64,000 nucleotides of DNA. Source: a virus. Positions 1 to 9,720 of the stretch are shown here, piece after piece (the stretch's first letter is position 1; every line of letters starts with the position of its first letter). The stretch is from the UHGV virus genome UHGV-0018639. One strand, given 5' to 3'. Below the pieces are notes generated by a model. The model saw only the letters and a program-made list of their open reading frames with translations, searched no databases and was not told the origin of the DNA. The position numbers were made by a program, and so were the translations under genes.

Positions 1-1644
1 GCAGCTGTAACTGGCACTTTCAAAGAAGGCTACATTCAGAAGGCTATAATTGGTAATGAAAATAGTAATTATATTTTATTAAGTGATACAGATGGAATCA
101 TTCATCACGATGCAGGAAATGAAAACATTAGCAATTTTTCAATTTCTCTTGATGGTTCTGTAATTGCAAAACGTATAACTCTCGATGAAGGTCGCATAGG
201 TGATTTGACGTTCAATAACTCCACAATTCGTGGTGGTGATTCTTGGTATATTAATTCAACTGATGCTGTATTTAATAATATAACAGCCGCTGGTAAAATT
301 ACAACAGCGATTTTTGAGCAACAAAAACTTCAGTTGTGTGGTGGTACTTTCTTATTTAAAGATGCCTACCGAATTAATGATATTGAGGTTCAAATAGGAG
401 CAACTTCATTTATTCCTGTTTTCCGCGATTCAATTCAACCTAGCTCTACTAATCTATACATGGTTACAAATGAGAATCGATCTGCGCAATTTTATGCTAG
501 CCCAGCTGAGAATGGAGTTTGGACTATTTATGGCAGTGCTCAATATGGTATTTATAATTTAGTTCTTAATTTAGGAGCTATAAATAATGGGAAAACTGAT
601 GACTGGCTTATTGCAATAAATTCAACGGCTACTGACTTAACGGCATCAGGATTACCACAGAATAGTGTGAGTTTGTCTTGTCTTGAGGCTGATAATGAAT
701 CTTATAAAATTGTTCCTAAAATAATCTTAGGCAAGATTCCTGCACGAACAATTTCTACAACAATTCAACAAGATACTTATGGACTTTATGCTGAAAGCGC
801 CTATCTTACTGGCACACTTACTACACAATATTCAGCAGATGGTGGAGTCGGTTATGCTGGTGTTAATACACTAAATGGCGCACGCTTCAATAAAAAAGTT
901 TCTGGACTGAAAGATGATAATAGTCGTATTGTATTTTGGGCTGGATCAAATGGTTTGACAGACGCGGCGATTCAAAATTCAGTTTTTCAAGTTTCTGAAA
1001 ATGGTACGCTCTATGCAAGTCAGGGCTACTTTGAAGGTTCTATTCTGAGTAAAGCAACAATTGAAGCTTCAACGCTTCGCACAGTTAAAATTGAAGGCGC
1101 AGGAACAGGTCCCGCGCTATCAATTAGTGATTGCCAGACGGGTATTGTTTTTACAGGAACAAAAAATGGTATCGGACAAAATATTTTTTCTTTAACAAAT
1201 AATGGAATTGAGTCATCTGTTCCTTTAACTTTTACAGGAACAACAGGCTTCAATATTATAAATGCTCGTGCGTCGATGGATAGACTGATAATTGTAGATA
1301 ATCAAAATCAGTCTGGTACGATTGTCATAAATCCACTTTCACTTGACTTTTATAATCAATATAAGAGTGATAGTGCGCTGGCTAATGATTATACTCACGG
1401 AGATTATCATTTACAAGTTAGCTCTGATGGTCTTGCAATTTATGATACTGAAAAGCGAGTAAATTTTGATAAGGATAAAACGAGCATCTATTCTGGATTG
1501 GATATACAAGATAATCTTTCTTTTGGCAATATTGATAAAGAAGAATACACTGCACAGTATCGTAAAGTTGCTGAAGCAGATTCTAATGGGAAGAATTATC
1601 TAATTGGATTAGACCTTTATATTTCTAAAATAGAGGTTGGGTAA
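1..1644 (+). CDS. tail fibre / receptor-binding-like structural protein, 5' partial
   Basis: Reading frame 1 is open from nt 1 to the stop at 1642-1644, so the ORF-track Met at 205 is internal. Composition is Asn/Gly/Thr/Ser-rich and beta-type, typical of phage fibres. A second large structural gene follows 11 nt downstream. Confidence 0.45.
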   Translation, partial: AAVTGTFKEGYIQKAIIGNENSNYILLSDTDGIIHHDAGNENISNFSISLDGSVIAKRITLDEGRIGDLTFNNSTIRGGDSWYINSTDAVFNNITAAGKITTAIFEQQKLQLCGGTFLFKDAYRINDIEVQIGATSFIPVFRDSIQPSSTNLYMVTNENRSAQFYASPAENGVWTIYGSAQYGIYNLVLNLGAINNGKTDDWLIAINSTATDLTASGLPQNSVSLSCLEADNESYKIVPKIILGKIPARTISTTIQQDTYGLYAESAYLTGTLTTQYSADGGVGYAGVNTLNGARFNKKVSGLKDDNSRIVFWAGSNGLTDAAIQNSVFQVSENGTLYASQGYFEGSILSKATIEASTLRTVKIEGAGTGPALSISDCQTGIVFTGTKNGIGQNIFSLTNNGIESSVPLTFTGTTGFNIINARASMDRLIIVDNQNQSGTIVINPLSLDFYNQYKSDSALANDYTHGDYHLQVSSDGLAIYDTEKRVNFDKDKTSIYSGLDIQDNLSFGNIDKEEYTAQYRKVAEADSNGKNYLIGLDLYISKIEVG

Positions 1645-1655
1645 AGGAGGCAAAT

Positions 1656-4600
1656 ATGGCGCAAATACATTATAATTGTCTCGTTCCGGGCTGGACAGCA
1701 GATCAATGGAATGGGCAAGTAAATATAGGTTTTGAGCTTTCTTATAATAAAAACACAAATGAAACCACTGTAATTTTTACCGCTAATGAATGTTATCACA
1801 AGTATTTTGGTATTAATGGATGGGGTACTGAAGCCACCACTAATATCACAATTTATGCAACTGATAACACAGGTGATAAAAAAACTGGCTGGTTTTATAC
1901 TTACGGATATACTGATGGTGGAACAAAACAATTCAATGCAACACCAAGTAATATTGTTGTAAAGCACTCAAATGCAATCGGTGCAAAAAGTATCATTATT
2001 GAAACTTCGACTACAATAAAGGTGTATTTGAAAAAAGGTGTCCAATCAACTGGCACTGGTACTTATTCTGAAGCAGTTGCTTTACCAGCATCTCCAGTCA
2101 GCGTGCCGACTAGTTTTATGACCTCTGCGCAATCAATAATCATTCCGACTGGCTCAATTCCTTTGAGCTGGTCGGGTGCAACGGCTGGTATAAATAATGC
2201 AATAAAAGGTTATCACCTTTTCTGGAAAGTCGGCGGCGCACCAACAGCTAGTTCATATACAGATAAAATTGATGTTTCAAGTGCATCTTATACTATTAAA
2301 CTAAACTTGGGAGATAATCAACGAGGGCAAACGGTCTATACAGCAATTCAGACTTATGGTGAGATGGGGGTCAATTATGATTCTGACTTATTGGCTGGCC
2401 CTTCTGTTAAAATAAACTCACGACCAGCCGCGCCGGCCCTTTCGGCAACAAATGCAACATTGCCGTCAACAGTGGGTGCTTATAAGGTAAAAGTTGTGGC
2501 TGGTAAGGATAATGATCTATCACAAACTATTCAAGTAAGGCAAGGAGACGATGGCGAAGCGCAGGCAAGTGGAACGCAGTTCTCTTTTAATGGCGCTGGC
2601 ACTTTTACATTCTACTCTTTTGATGGATTAGAAAATTCAGCTACTGGAACCTCTATTACTATTATTCGTAATTCTAAGCCTGAAGTTGGCTCAATAAATA
2701 CGACTTTCTCAGCATCAATAAATACAAATGATAAGACTTTTTCAACAGCTCAACTCAAAAACGCAGATTCAAAAAAGCTAACTGCGGCGCAATGGTATAT
2801 ACGTTCAGCGGCAACTTCCGCTGAAATTTCAAGCGCAGCCGCGAGACAAATTACAACTGGCACAATTACAAACTCGTCAAGCGATGATAGCTCAAGTTGT
2901 ACTTTGATTATCAATCCATTAGCTTCTACTCCAATTGTTAATCCCGGCTACTACTATCAGATTGGCGTTCAACTCAAAGATGAGTATGAGTATAGTGATA
3001 TTGCTTGGTCAAGTAATATAAAGCAAATTTATGGCCAGCTTTCACTTACTTTGAATTCTATAACCGCTACTCATTTTGAAACAGGAATATCAGCGGCTTA
3101 TGCGTCTTATTATCGTATACCAAAAATAAATTTAAGCTGGAAATCGCCTGCTACTTTTCCAACTGGTCTTTCATCTTTATGGTATTCAATTTTCTATTCA
3201 ATAGATGCAGGTAATTCTTGGAAACAATGGAATAGTGGTATCCAATCACTTACTGCTAATACAACTTATACTCCAACAATTGATTTTTCAAGTGTAGGCC
3301 GTGGTGACTTTTTAGCAAAAATTGTTTTGTATGATAAGAAAGATGGCAGCAACCAGCAACTTGAGACTTCTATGTCAAACAAATTGTATTATTCACCAGA
3401 TCCGCAATGGATGGCTGGTTCAACCCCAACATTGGCCTATACAATAGAAGCGGACGACAACCGCACTTGTGTCCGTCCAAATTATAGTTCAAAAGGAACC
3501 AATGCGCTTACTTTATCTATTCCTTATCCGAGTACGATTAATACACTACTTCAAACTAATAAGGCTGACTTACAATATGCAATATATCTTTATCAAGATG
3601 GTAAAGATGTAAGTGCTGAAGTTCAAAGCAAGCAAAAAATTACGATAGGCGATAGTGCTGCAACAGAGACTGGCCCACTAAAACTTAATGTTGCTTACAG
3701 CAAGTTAACAAATCTTTATTCAACTTTTTTTGATAGCGATAAAACAAAATGGATTGGCCCTTATAATATGTCCATTATGGTGCGATTCTTTGATGCTTTT
3801 GAGGAATCAATTGATACGCCTAAAATGAGTTTTGTTTTAGACTTTCGTGAGAAACCAAAAAAAATTGAAACTTTAAAAATAGGTCGTGATGGCGTTCTGT
3901 CAAATAATTATGCCGCAGTAGCCGCAAAACGAAGCGCTAATACTGTAATTTTTCCGACTAGCTCTATTGACGCTGAAAAATCAATTTTAGTCGGTGAACA
4001 TTTAATAATTGCTTTTCAGAAGCCAGCCCTAAGCTATGAAGCACAAACAATTGGGCAATATATATTTACACTTTATAATAGTGAGCATAGTGCAATTTAT
4101 ACATATAGAACAGCCGATATTATTTCAGCTTCAATATATGGTGAGTCATCACTAAACTGCGTAGTAATTCCCGCGGCTGATTTTCTCAGTACAGCAACTA
4201 CTTTTTATGCAACAATTCGTCAGCAAGATAGTCAATCTTATAATGATAACATTAGTATCGAAAGCGATGGAAGTAATTCATTATGTGGTGGCTCATTAGA
4301 ACAACCAATAATCAATTTTGAAATGCCGGAACTATCTGTAAGTGGTGGTTCAATGAACATAACTGTCACTAAGAAGACGGCTTCTTTGAGTTGGAGCGGA
4401 ATTCAAGCAAAATATAATTCCTATTTGCGTACTATGGTATATGATGACATATCTTATAGCCCGCTTTGTAATTTATTTTTACAAATAAGTGAAAATAATG
4501 ATTTTAGTTCATCTTTTGAACTTCCATTGGCTAGTTACTCAAGCACTAATAAAACCTATAAGCTGGAAGCAAATGAATTTTCAAAAACTCTGAGTGATTT

Positions 4601-4967
4601 GACTGGCAACTGCTTTGTTCGTATTGGCGTTATTTATAATACTGGTTTAAAGCTCGATTCAAGTGGCAGTATTGTTGCTAATCAAATTACACTTTATTCA
4701 ACTCCTAAGATATTTTTTAGTGAAGCTCCAACTGTAAGTTATCGTCAAAATCAAATTGGTGTAAATGGTATCCCTGATGCTAATACCGCTTTCAAAGTAT
4801 CAATAACTCAAAACAATTATCTTGTAACGCTTGAAGGCTATAATGTAGCTGACCCTACAATAATCCATTCTATCACATTTGACCTATGTAATGGAAAAAT
4901 AATTTCTACTAATTTTATGGCGACACAAGATGAAATTGACCAGATTTGTAATGGCACTTATATTTAA
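1656..4967 (+). CDS. large structural protein (tail fibre/adhesin-like, 1103 aa)
   Basis: RBS taaaggagg 8 nt upstream of the ATG. Very Ser/Thr/Asn/Gly-rich with repeated beta-sandwich-like segments and no enzymatic motifs. Position and size fit a fibre or host-recognition protein. Confidence 0.45.
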   Translation: MAQIHYNCLVPGWTADQWNGQVNIGFELSYNKNTNETTVIFTANECYHKYFGINGWGTEATTNITIYATDNTGDKKTGWFYTYGYTDGGTKQFNATPSNIVVKHSNAIGAKSIIIETSTTIKVYLKKGVQSTGTGTYSEAVALPASPVSVPTSFMTSAQSIIIPTGSIPLSWSGATAGINNAIKGYHLFWKVGGAPTASSYTDKIDVSSASYTIKLNLGDNQRGQTVYTAIQTYGEMGVNYDSDLLAGPSVKINSRPAAPALSATNATLPSTVGAYKVKVVAGKDNDLSQTIQVRQGDDGEAQASGTQFSFNGAGTFTFYSFDGLENSATGTSITIIRNSKPEVGSINTTFSASINTNDKTFSTAQLKNADSKKLTAAQWYIRSAATSAEISSAAARQITTGTITNSSSDDSSSCTLIINPLASTPIVNPGYYYQIGVQLKDEYEYSDIAWSSNIKQIYGQLSLTLNSITATHFETGISAAYASYYRIPKINLSWKSPATFPTGLSSLWYSIFYSIDAGNSWKQWNSGIQSLTANTTYTPTIDFSSVGRGDFLAKIVLYDKKDGSNQQLETSMSNKLYYSPDPQWMAGSTPTLAYTIEADDNRTCVRPNYSSKGTNALTLSIPYPSTINTLLQTNKADLQYAIYLYQDGKDVSAEVQSKQKITIGDSAATETGPLKLNVAYSKLTNLYSTFFDSDKTKWIGPYNMSIMVRFFDAFEESIDTPKMSFVLDFREKPKKIETLKIGRDGVLSNNYAAVAAKRSANTVIFPTSSIDAEKSILVGEHLIIAFQKPALSYEAQTIGQYIFTLYNSEHSAIYTYRTADIISASIYGESSLNCVVIPAADFLSTATTFYATIRQQDSQSYNDNISIESDGSNSLCGGSLEQPIINFEMPELSVSGGSMNITVTKKTASLSWSGIQAKYNSYLRTMVYDDISYSPLCNLFLQISENNDFSSSFELPLASYSSTNKTYKLEANEFSKTLSDLTGNCFVRIGVIYNTGLKLDSSGSIVANQITLYSTPKIFFSEAPTVSYRQNQIGVNGIPDANTAFKVSITQNNYLVTLEGYNVADPTIIHSITFDLCNGKIISTNFMATQDEIDQICNGTYI

Positions 4968-5045
4968 TGCACGTGAACTACTAAAATTTGATTTTTCCTT
5001 CAATTTATGTTATACTATTTATATATAAAGTAAAGGAGGATTAGT

Positions 5046-5426
5046 ATGCAGCTAGCCGAAGTAATACAATTTCAAACTGTATATAACACACTTGCTGAAG
5101 CAAAGCTTCCATTCAAGGTGGCTTATAAACTGAACAAGTTATACGAAGAAGCTCAAAAAGAAGCTGAGTGGTACAATAAAGAATTTAATTCAATCTTGAA
5201 TGAATATGGAATGAGAGACGAGAGCGGCAATTTCATTCATACCACTGATGGCCTTGCAATAAAAATACAAGAGGGTCGTGAAAGTGAGTGCCAAGCAAAG
5301 GTTCAAGAACTCGCGCAAGTTGATATAGAACTGAAATCTCCAAAACTTACAATGGATGATCTTTCAGCAATAGATGCTGAACTAACTGTGCGTGAGGTTG
5401 CAATTTTGATGAATTTCATAGAATAA
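5046..5426 (+). CDS. hypothetical protein
   Basis: RBS aaaggagga upstream. Followed by a rho-independent terminator. Confidence 0.45.
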   Translation: MQLAEVIQFQTVYNTLAEAKLPFKVAYKLNKLYEEAQKEAEWYNKEFNSILNEYGMRDESGNFIHTTDGLAIKIQEGRESECQAKVQELAQVDIELKSPKLTMDDLSAIDAELTVREVAILMNFIE

Positions 5427-5427
5427 C

Positions 5428-5467
5428 AAAAAGTCCCGAAGAGGCATAATGCTTCTTCGGGATTTGT
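5428..5467 (+). terminator. rho-independent terminator
   Basis: Hairpin cccgaagaggcat/atgcttcttcggg followed by a T tract. Confidence 0.6.
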
Positions 5468-5592
5468 GCATTTTGTTCAATTTATTCTGAGATAATTAAG
5501 TAAATTGCTGAATTTCTTTTACGCTTACCAATAAAATGTCTAATAAGTCCACTAGTGCTACTTCCATATGAAGAAACAAAGGAGGTAGTAAA

Positions 5593-5940
5593 ATGAATCC
5601 TTTTCAAACCAATACCGTGCAGCCACAAAATAGATTTACGCCATCTATGTTTATGACGCCGCAAGGTAATGTTTATGTCATTGATAGTCCACTTGAAGTA
5701 GCCAATGTTCCTATGGGGACGGGTTTATCTGTCGCAATTTGTCCTAATGAAAGTCTTATGTATCTCAAGATGTATCAAAATGGTGCGCCATCAATTACGG
5801 CTTATAAACTCGCTCCCTATGAACAGCCAACTGGCAATAGTAATTTAGACAAAGTTCTACAAAACATAACTGATAGACTTGACAAAATTGAAAAATCTCT
5901 TTTACCTAAAAAGGAGGAAAAAATAAATGACCTTCTCTAA
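5593..5940 (+). CDS. hypothetical protein
   Basis: RBS aaaggaggtag upstream of the ATG. The ORF overlaps the next gene by 14 nt. Confidence 0.4.
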   Translation: MNPFQTNTVQPQNRFTPSMFMTPQGNVYVIDSPLEVANVPMGTGLSVAICPNESLMYLKMYQNGAPSITAYKLAPYEQPTGNSNLDKVLQNITDRLDKIEKSLLPKKEEKINDLL

Positions 5941-6166
5941 CCCTTTACAAGCACTTATGCAGATGGGAAGAGGCCCAATGATGAACGCTCTTCCCAATAT
6001 ATCAAAACCAGCTCAAAATCCACCGATAAATATACAACAATTGAAGCAAGCACTCCCGCAACTCACTAAAGAAAATTATGTGCAATTGGTTTCTCAGGCC
6101 CGCGCACAAGGAATTAGTGAGCAAGATATTGAATCAGGACTCAACTTTCTTTTACAACTAAATTGA
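5927..6166 (+). CDS. hypothetical protein
   Basis: RBS aaaaggaggaaaaa upstream. Small Gln/Pro-rich protein. Confidence 0.35.
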   Translation: MTFSNPLQALMQMGRGPMMNALPNISKPAQNPPINIQQLKQALPQLTKENYVQLVSQARAQGISEQDIESGLNFLLQLN

Positions 6167-6220
6167 TTTACGTCCGGGGTAAGTCAATTTATATTATAAA
6201 TTTTTAGGAGGTTTTTTGTA

Positions 6221-6919
6221 ATGAACGAAGGACTTAGCGCTGGCGATATTCTCGCTTTGACACGTGATAATGATGATGGTATGAATAATGCTTGGAATAA
6301 CCCTTTTATTTATCTTGTTTGGCTGGCATTGTTAGGTGGTAATGGCGGACTCTTTGGCCGTCGTGACGACTGTGCAACGCAAGGTGCAATAACTCGTTCC
6401 GACTTGTTCGAAGGTTTCAGCAATCAAGATGTAAATGGCCAACTTCGCGGTATTACTAATGGTATATGTGATGGCTTCTATGCTATTAATAGTGGAATGA
6501 AAGACGGCTTCTATGGTAATCAAGCCGTAATCAAAGATGGCTTTTATTCCACTCAAGGCGCACTTGCTGAGAATAGGTTTCAACAGCAACAGTGCTGCTG
6601 CGAACTCAAGGGTGAAATTAAAAACATCGCAACCGAAGGCTATCGCAATACCTGCGAAATCACTACCGCAATTCATAATGAAGGCGAAGCAACTCGCGCT
6701 CTCATAAATGCTAATACAATGCAAGAACTCCGTGATAAGCTTGCTGATAAAGATAGAGATTTGCTTTATGCAAACTTCCAGAACTCTCAGCAGCTCCAGA
6801 ACGCATATTTAGTTGATACTTTGCGTCCAGTTAGCAGACCTGCATATATCACTTGCAGTCCATATCAATCTGTCAACTCTTGTGGCACATCCAGCTGCGG
6901 CTGTGGCTATGGCATTTGA
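6221..6919 (+). CDS. hypothetical protein with Cys-rich C-terminus
   Basis: RBS taggagg upstream. N-terminal hydrophobic segment. C-terminus reads CSPYQSVNSCGTSSCGCGYGI. Confidence 0.4.
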   Translation: MNEGLSAGDILALTRDNDDGMNNAWNNPFIYLVWLALLGGNGGLFGRRDDCATQGAITRSDLFEGFSNQDVNGQLRGITNGICDGFYAINSGMKDGFYGNQAVIKDGFYSTQGALAENRFQQQQCCCELKGEIKNIATEGYRNTCEITTAIHNEGEATRALINANTMQELRDKLADKDRDLLYANFQNSQQLQNAYLVDTLRPVSRPAYITCSPYQSVNSCGTSSCGCGYGI

Positions 6920-6963
6920 GCCAACTCACCGTGAGTACATATCCGTATCAGGGGTGAAACTAA

Positions 6964-7380
6964 ATGGTAGATAGTTATAATATTCAATCTCAAACTGTTG
7001 ATGTAAATGGCTTACTTACATTTCCTATCAATTCCATATTGACAGGCTGTACTGTTAGCCATACAGCAGGTAGCACGACATTCTCACTCAATAAGCCCGG
7101 ACTTTATTTTGTCTCCTTTAATGCGGTTGGCACTATATCTGGTGCTACTGCTGGCGCAATAACCGTTCAACTCCAGAATAATGGCACAGCAGTTCCGGGC
7201 GCGCTTAGCTCAGATACATCTGCATCAACAACTGACGTTCGCAATCTTTCTTTCACAAAAGTAATTCGAGTCAATCCATCTTGCTGTGCGGTTAATAATC
7301 AAGCTAATCTGACATTTGTAAATATAGGACTTGGTGCGATTTATACCAATGCTAACGTGGTAATTACCAAATTGGCATAA
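6964..7380 (+). CDS. hypothetical beta-rich structural-type protein
   Basis: Gly/Thr/Ser/Asn/Val-rich 138 aa. Weak resemblance to C1q/BclA-C-terminal-like folds only. Confidence 0.35.
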   Translation: MVDSYNIQSQTVDVNGLLTFPINSILTGCTVSHTAGSTTFSLNKPGLYFVSFNAVGTISGATAGAITVQLQNNGTAVPGALSSDTSASTTDVRNLSFTKVIRVNPSCCAVNNQANLTFVNIGLGAIYTNANVVITKLA

Positions 7381-7389
7381 GGAGGCAAT

Positions 7390-7692
7390 ATGGTAAAATA
7401 TAAAGCGCTTTATAAAGCAATGTATGATGACTTGAAAGATAGTGAAATGATGATTTGTTATGCTAATGAAATTCGTGAAAATAAAGAAGATGCGGCTTTG
7501 GCCGATGTTATAGCCAAATATGCACAATATAGGCTAAATCACTTTATGGAGTTTCATAAGTTGTTTGAAAATGAAGCGTCAAAAGAGCCGCAAGTCAATG
7601 CTGAATCAGTAGCTTATTGTATGTGGGATATAACCCACGAAATGATGATGGACTGGTATGGTTCCATCAAACAAAAAATAGAAAAATTCTAA
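7390..7692 (+). CDS. hypothetical protein
   Basis: RBS aaggaggcaat upstream. Last gene of the plus-strand block. Confidence 0.4.
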   Translation: MVKYKALYKAMYDDLKDSEMMICYANEIRENKEDAALADVIAKYAQYRLNHFMEFHKLFENEASKEPQVNAESVAYCMWDITHEMMMDWYGSIKQKIEKF

Positions 7693-7696
7693 TTTT

Positions 7697-7735
7697 GAGG
7701 GAGGAGCATAATGCTCCTCTCTTTTTATTCCCAAG
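7697..7735. terminator. bidirectional terminator at the convergent strand switch
   Basis: Palindrome gaggagcat-a-atgctcctc flanked by T/A tracts, between convergent genes. Confidence 0.5.
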
Positions 7736-8468
7736 AAATCATTTTTCGGTTTGGTGCACACTGTCGGACGGCATAGGTGCCAATTCCTATTGCATCAGCT
7801 TCGTCTTCACTAACAGATACGTCGTACCATTGTTTTGCTAGCTGACGCATTGATCCTTTTTTGTCGCTTCTTGATCGCCCTTTAACCCCGCACTCTTGAC
7901 GCCAGACCCCTGTGTGACATAAAGTGTAGGCAATTCCTAACTCAAAGCAACACTCAATCAAAATTCCTTGAAGCCACGCAAGCTGTTGAAAAACATCAAC
8001 ACCCATCATACGTTTGCCTTCGCTTTCATTTTGAAGTTGAATATTTTCCAATGCCACTAAGTCAGGCTGCCAATTATGTAACATATTGACGAGCCAAACC
8101 TTTACAGCATTACTCCGCGCTATTGTATCAGGTAATTGAGTTTGGTAGGTTCCATATTTAATAAGTTCTTTGTCGTCAAAAATTGAGAATCCTGTGATGT
8201 GTGTTGCTTGATCGAGTGCAAGCACACGAAACACATTCTTCTTTTTTGGAACAATTTTAGATGTAGTTGCTTCTGTCTTATATACATTAGCCTCGCAGGT
8301 AGGGCATATTCGTTTTGCGCGAAGCTTTTTCCAAGGGGCGAATACGGAGTGCCCTTCTGGGCACTCGAATCGCATTTCTGTTTCAAGATTTGTGTATGTG
8401 TCGCTTATAACTTTCCAGCCGTCTTGCTCTAATTCCTCTTTAATTGAATCTAATGAAATTTTTGCCAT
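7725..8468 (-). CDS. RuvC-family Holliday junction resolvase with N-terminal zinc finger
   Basis: VLALDQATHITGFSIF matches the RuvC motif I acidic site. SEDEADAIGIG matches the C-terminal catalytic Asp motif. The N-terminus has a CPEGH...CPTC zinc ribbon. Confidence 0.65.
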   Translation of the reverse strand: MAKISLDSIKEELEQDGWKVISDTYTNLETEMRFECPEGHSVFAPWKKLRAKRICPTCEANVYKTEATTSKIVPKKKNVFRVLALDQATHITGFSIFDDKELIKYGTYQTQLPDTIARSNAVKVWLVNMLHNWQPDLVALENIQLQNESEGKRMMGVDVFQQLAWLQGILIECCFELGIAYTLCHTGVWRQECGVKGRSRSDKKGSMRQLAKQWYDVSVSEDEADAIGIGTYAVRQCAPNRKMISWE

Positions 8469-9409
8469 TAAAACTTTCCGGTAGAACCGAAACCGCCCTG
8501 ACGGTCTTCCGCTCCATAGAGAGTTATGTCATCAACTTCTTGCCAACTTATTTTGGGGACTTCGGCAAGAACTAACTGGGCGATTTTCTGACCTTTTGTT
8601 ATGTAGATAGGGGAGCCGTGAAGAATTGACGTGATGATAGGACGATGAGTTTCATCGTCAAACTCATAAGTTATATCTTTGATTGCAGGCTCATTGTTTT
8701 CAAGAATTATGCCAATCTCGTCGTGAAATCCTTCATCGACAGTGCCAATTGAATTGGCGATACGCATATGAGTGCGAGCTGATAGACCTGACTTAGCGCG
8801 CACCTGTATTTCATAACCTTTCGGCAAAGCCACTCTCAAACCAGTCGGGATTATCTTGATTTCGCCGGGGTCAATCGTATAATCATCGAGCGCAAACACA
8901 TCAAGGCCGCTGTCAGTTGTATGGGCATATTCAGGAAGCCTTATTTCACTAAACAGCCGCTGTACAGGCACACTCACAACACGACGTGCGATTCGCTCAT
9001 TTTCACCAAGCGCATTTGCAACTATACCAAGAATGGATTTGAAGAAATCTATTTTGACTTGAGAAATCTTACCATCCAGATTTGTTTGCAGTTTTTCCGC
9101 AATGTTGGCCAGCTCATCCATCATATCCTCAGCCGCGACGCCTTGAATTGAAAGGTTCTGCGCAATACCAAGCTGAATCTGCGGGTCTTTGAAGGCACTA
9201 TAAAAGTTCTCCAAAACGCCAGCCGCAACTACCATAAATTGCTCGTCATCAAGGCTCATCAAGCTAGAGAATGCCTTGACATACTCATCAGCCTCGTCTT
9301 CGTCTATTAAATTACCGAAGAAAAACGAAAAGGTGTCGCGCAATGTCTGTTCGATATCTTCTTCAGGCATTTCAATCGGCTTACCTGAAATATCTATTAT
9401 TTCACTCAT
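8468..9409 (-). CDS. dut: dUTP diphosphatase (dUTPase) with ~150-aa N-terminal extension
   Basis: All five trimeric dUTPase motifs are in the C-terminal half: AKSGLSARTH, GTVDEGFHDEIGIIL, GQKIAQLVL, RQGGFGSTG. Confidence 0.8.
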   Translation of the reverse strand: MSEIIDISGKPIEMPEEDIEQTLRDTFSFFFGNLIDEDEADEYVKAFSSLMSLDDEQFMVVAAGVLENFYSAFKDPQIQLGIAQNLSIQGVAAEDMMDELANIAEKLQTNLDGKISQVKIDFFKSILGIVANALGENERIARRVVSVPVQRLFSEIRLPEYAHTTDSGLDVFALDDYTIDPGEIKIIPTGLRVALPKGYEIQVRAKSGLSARTHMRIANSIGTVDEGFHDEIGIILENNEPAIKDITYEFDDETHRPIITSILHGSPIYITKGQKIAQLVLAEVPKISWQEVDDITLYGAEDRQGGFGSTGKF

Positions 9410-9648
9410 TCAAGCCCCTCCCATATTGTGCTATATACCATAGTGCAAGAAACGACTTCGCAACTGTCAATTATTTCACCCTTGGACTTCTTATCCTTAT
9501 GGGTGTAGCCGCACTTGGTTATCTGATAACCCTTTTCGTGGGCTTCAGTGCGAAATTTTTCCATTAAATCTTTTGCCTCATTTTCACTTTCAACTCTATA
9601 TTCTTTGGTTTCCTTGAGCAGTATCATTTTATTTCTCCTTTTATCCAA
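9406..9648 (-). CDS. hypothetical protein
   Basis: 80-aa ORF with a consensus promoter immediately upstream at 9665-9714. Confidence 0.35.
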   Translation of the reverse strand: MDKRRNKMILLKETKEYRVESENEAKDLMEKFRTEAHEKGYQITKCGYTHKDKKSKGEIIDSCEVVSCTMVYSTIWEGLE

Positions 9649-9720
9649 TACATATAGAAAGGACTTCCTTTCCTTTTTATAATATAATTATATCACAAAA
9701 AGATAAGGAAGTCAAATTTT

